Origin: Ascidiella aspersa
Taxonomy: Eukaryota
Direction: 5' to 3'
Assembly: GCA_963924565.1 (NCBI GenBank)
Contig: OZ004615.1
Coordinates: forward strand, 372,001-436,000
Length of the DNA stretch: 64,000 nucleotides
The position numbers and the translations under genes are program-made. Positions 61,260 through 64,000 of the stretch are shown here, piece by piece (positions within the stretch are counted from its first letter, which is position 1; every line of letters begins with the position of its first letter). Below the pieces are notes generated by a model, which had not been told where the DNA came from, searched no databases, and saw nothing but the letters and a program-made list of their open reading frames with translations.

Positions 61260-61547
61260 CCTTAAACCAGCATTAGCAACGAGCAACGAAAAGTGCGCGA
61301 ACGAATTCGCTGAAAGTCAAAAAGAACAAGAAGAAGAAGAAGCGACCAAGTCAAGCTCGAATCAGCAAGAACAAGACTTGGACAACGCGAAGCATTGTGA
61401 CGAAGACAATAGAGATTACACCCGCGAGGACTGTACTATGCCAAGTGTAGAGGTGGTCAACTGTCCTAAGGCAACGATGAGAGATCTGGCGGAACCCGTG
61501 TTCGACGTTTGGAGACTCGACCGCGATTCAATGGTCGACCACATTGA
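61260..61547 (+). CDS. PDE9A: PDE9-like phosphodiesterase, common exon: acidic linker and start of the catalytic domain
   Basis: Acceptor gtttttcag; ends MRDLAEPVFDVWRLDRDSMVDHIE, comparable to PDE9A [23 protein letters not shown] as recalled; donor GA|GTGAGT. Confidence 0.85.
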
Positions 61548-62557
61548 GTGAGTAAAAGCACCGAAAATTTATAAACAGATGAGTTTAATAAACGTAGGGT
61601 GGCTTGAAAAAGTATGGAAAAAAACAGTTCAAGAAAAAAAAAACTTTTTAAACTTTAGATTTTGATGCGCTAAAAATATTTACTTGGATTTTGTTTTATA
61701 AAACTGAAAAAAACTCCTCAAAAAACACTACGAACTTTATAACTGGGTTCAGCAAACTTTAGCCGCCACTTCAAATTGCGACGACATCGCTTAACTCGCC
61801 GATGTACGTCATAGTTTGGGCGTTAACCTTGCATCTGTGTTTGTAGTTGTGAGTGGCTTGTAAGCTCACAGCACACATAAGTGCGACATGAAAGTTGCAA
61901 GTGCAGTAAATTACCGCGAGTGGCAACACAATTTGCAGACGCACCTTGAAATTTGAAACCATTTTAAAAGTGAGCCAAAACAAATTAAACGTTTGCTAAA
62001 GATTAAAAAAAACGTCGCACCCTTCTTAACTTATTAAAGAAGCTGAAACTTTAAAAAAGGTTTTCGAAAAAAATTTGCTAAAGTGGAAAAAAACGCCGCA
62101 CCCTTAATAATTAGATCTCAAGAAGCGGCAAAGTTTAAAAGTTCGAACAAAATTTCCCGGGTTAAAAAAGTCCATTTGCCCGACCTCGGGTGCGTAGAGT
62201 GACAACAACATTGAGTTGTGTTTGGTGAAAGCATCTCGTTCCACGATCGTGACACCGAAGTGCTTCGCTTGTTTCCCGATCCCAGATAATCCTCGGCTCA
62301 AGGAAATCGTTCCTTCTGCAGAAATAGCGACGCGAGACGCGATAAGCTTCTGAACTTTCACCGCGACCCGCTTCTCAATAGTGCGACGTTGCGCTGAAAG
62401 TTTGACGCATTCTAAGGTTTTCTGAAATGTCACGAGATTTTTGATCTAGTTAATGTAAAACATTTAAAATCCGATATTTCGATTTTAAATTGCAAAATAA
62501 ACTCCTAAAACTGCTGAATTTGAAGCAACCGCCTTAATGTTCCCGATATTTTCTCAG

Positions 62558-62696
62558 GTACATGTATCACGACCTCGGTGTGGTTAAAGCCTGGAGGATC
62601 CCGAGAGCAACTCTCCGTATGTTCCTCCTGGGAGTAAGGGAGCGTTACCAGGACAACCCTTACCACAACTTCAAGCACTGCTTCTGCGTCACACAG
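62558..62696 (+). CDS. PDE9A: PDE9-like catalytic exon containing the YHN motif
   Basis: YMYHDLGVVKAWRIPRATLRMFLLGVRERYQDNPYHNFKHCFCVTQ, comparable to PDE9A HMYHDLGLV...NPFHNFRHCFCVAQ. Confidence 0.93.
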
Positions 62697-62899
62697 GTAA
62701 AAAAGTCGCCAAAAATCGAATTTTTTAGCGCAAAAATGGGAAAAATATAAACATTTTAACCTTCAAGTTCTACTTTCGAGTTAAGCAAAGTATTTTTTTA
62801 TCTAAAAAAATTGGCTGAAACGCAAACATTTATTTTTGGTCGGAAAAATCACATTTCTAATTTTAGAAGATGGCCAATTAATGTGTGTTTATTCTGCAG

Positions 62900-63077
62900 A
62901 TGGCTTACAGCATGATGTGCAAGTTGCGACTTCGTGGCCTTGTGTCTGTGGATTACCTTGGAGCTTTACTCACAGCAGCTGTATGCCACGATGTCGACCA
63001 TCCCGGTCTCAACAACGCTTACCACTCACATGCAAGAACCCCGCTCGCTATTCTCTACAACTACAAGAGCATACTCG
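62900..63077 (+). CDS. PDE9A: PDE9-like catalytic exon containing the class I PDE signature HDxxHxGxxN
   Basis: MAYSMMCKLRLRGLVSVDYLGALLTAAVCHDVDHPGLNNAYHSHARTPLAILYNYKSIL; acceptor ctgcag, donor G|GTGAGT. Confidence 0.95.
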
Positions 63078-63257
63078 GTGAGTAACGGGGAAAAGAAAAT
63101 TGCTGGGAAGATGTTTCGAACAAGATTTAAGCGATATTTCGATTTAAAACAAAATTTAGTCAAACATATATTAAACTTTAACTTCGTGCTCATAAATAAA
63201 ACTGTCCTGCAGAAAAAGTCACAACCCGCTAAACTCACAATCTAACTTTTTTTTCAG

Positions 63258-63450
63258 AGCAACATCACTTCGCTGTGACGTGCCGCCTTCTCTCCAATAG
63301 AGAGCGAAATATCTTCAGGAACGTGAACAACAGGGATGAGGTTCTCACCAATGTTGGCGAGCTCATACTTGCCACAGACCTCGCAAGGCACAAGGAGGTC
63401 ATGGAAACATACGCGGCAAATGTGGAACACGGATTCGACTTCCAGAATGG
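63258..63450 (+). CDS. PDE9A: PDE9-like catalytic exon with ExHH and ILATD motifs; the gene continues beyond the window
   Basis: EQHHFAVTCRLLSNRERNIFRNVNNRDEVLTNVGELILATDLARHKEVMETYAANVEHGFDFQN; donor GG|GTAAGA. Confidence 0.93.
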
Positions 63451-64000
63451 GTAAGAACAAGTTTTCAGTGGATTTTTTTAACGAGAAGCAAGTTGTGTTA
63501 TTTTGATAGTTGTTTTATAAGCTTGGGTATTTTTACGTTTTGTGGGATATTTTCTAATTTAACGTAAAGTTTTTTTTTTGAAAATTTCGTACTTTAAGGC
63601 ATTTCGTGATCTCTAAAGTCGACTTAATAAGCTTAAAGGCGAGATTTTTTGGTTGTTTACAAAACACAGAAAAGTTTTAAAATGCGTCGAATACTTGGTG
63701 ACGCAAAAGTAGGGCGGCGCCTGTCCTGTCAATCACGACCTTGATTGACGTGCCAAGCCCCGCCCTAATTCGAACCTGATTTGCCGAATTAAGATTTCAC
63801 GGCTGCGTTCGAGCTACGAACAATGCCGCGCCCGCGCTCGCTAATTATGACGTAATAGCGGCGCGAGCGTGAAATTGTCTCACATATCGCGGCGCCACGC
63901 GATTCAATTGTCCCGTCATATAGGCATGATAAATGCACAAATAAAGATGTTGTGCTCGTAAGCCGTTATGCTTTTTGGGGCAAAGTTTTGGAGAAAAGTG

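Noticed and set aside
1-64000. Prokaryotic systems such as operons, CRISPR arrays or defence islands
   Set aside because: The sequence is spliceosomal-intron eukaryotic DNA. There is no direct-repeat/spacer array; Rep-A copies are dispersed, diverged and irregularly spaced.

Overview
AT-rich, intron-containing animal genomic DNA, not prokaryotic. The compact introns and strong excess of TGACGTCA palindromes suggest an invertebrate chordate such as an ascidian (inference). Contents: (1) the probable first coding exon of a minus-strand gene leaving the left edge (461-345). (2) A complete 10-exon plus-strand gene (6876/6918-18004, about 676-690 aa) encoding signal peptide, LRRNT, about 13 LRRs, LRRCT, one Ig domain, a stalk with a GKRR site and a GPI-type tail; every splice phase is consistent. 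(3) The 5' part of a PDE9-like class I cyclic-nucleotide phosphodiesterase, with four spliced exons at 61260-63450, continuing past the right edge. The ~43 kb between the two genes has no recognisable domain-coding exons but has many CpG/CRE-rich islands. It also has several ATG-bearing mini-exons whose phase-2 donors fit the PDE acceptor at 61260. This suggests an array of alternative first exons, one of which would create a signal peptide; it is the most interesting hypothesis here but is unproven without RNA data. hAT-type MITEs (one nested), a tRNA-derived SINE and an abundant ~110-bp repeat that often occurs in inverted pairs are scattered throughout. Most ORFs in the supplied track are spurious.
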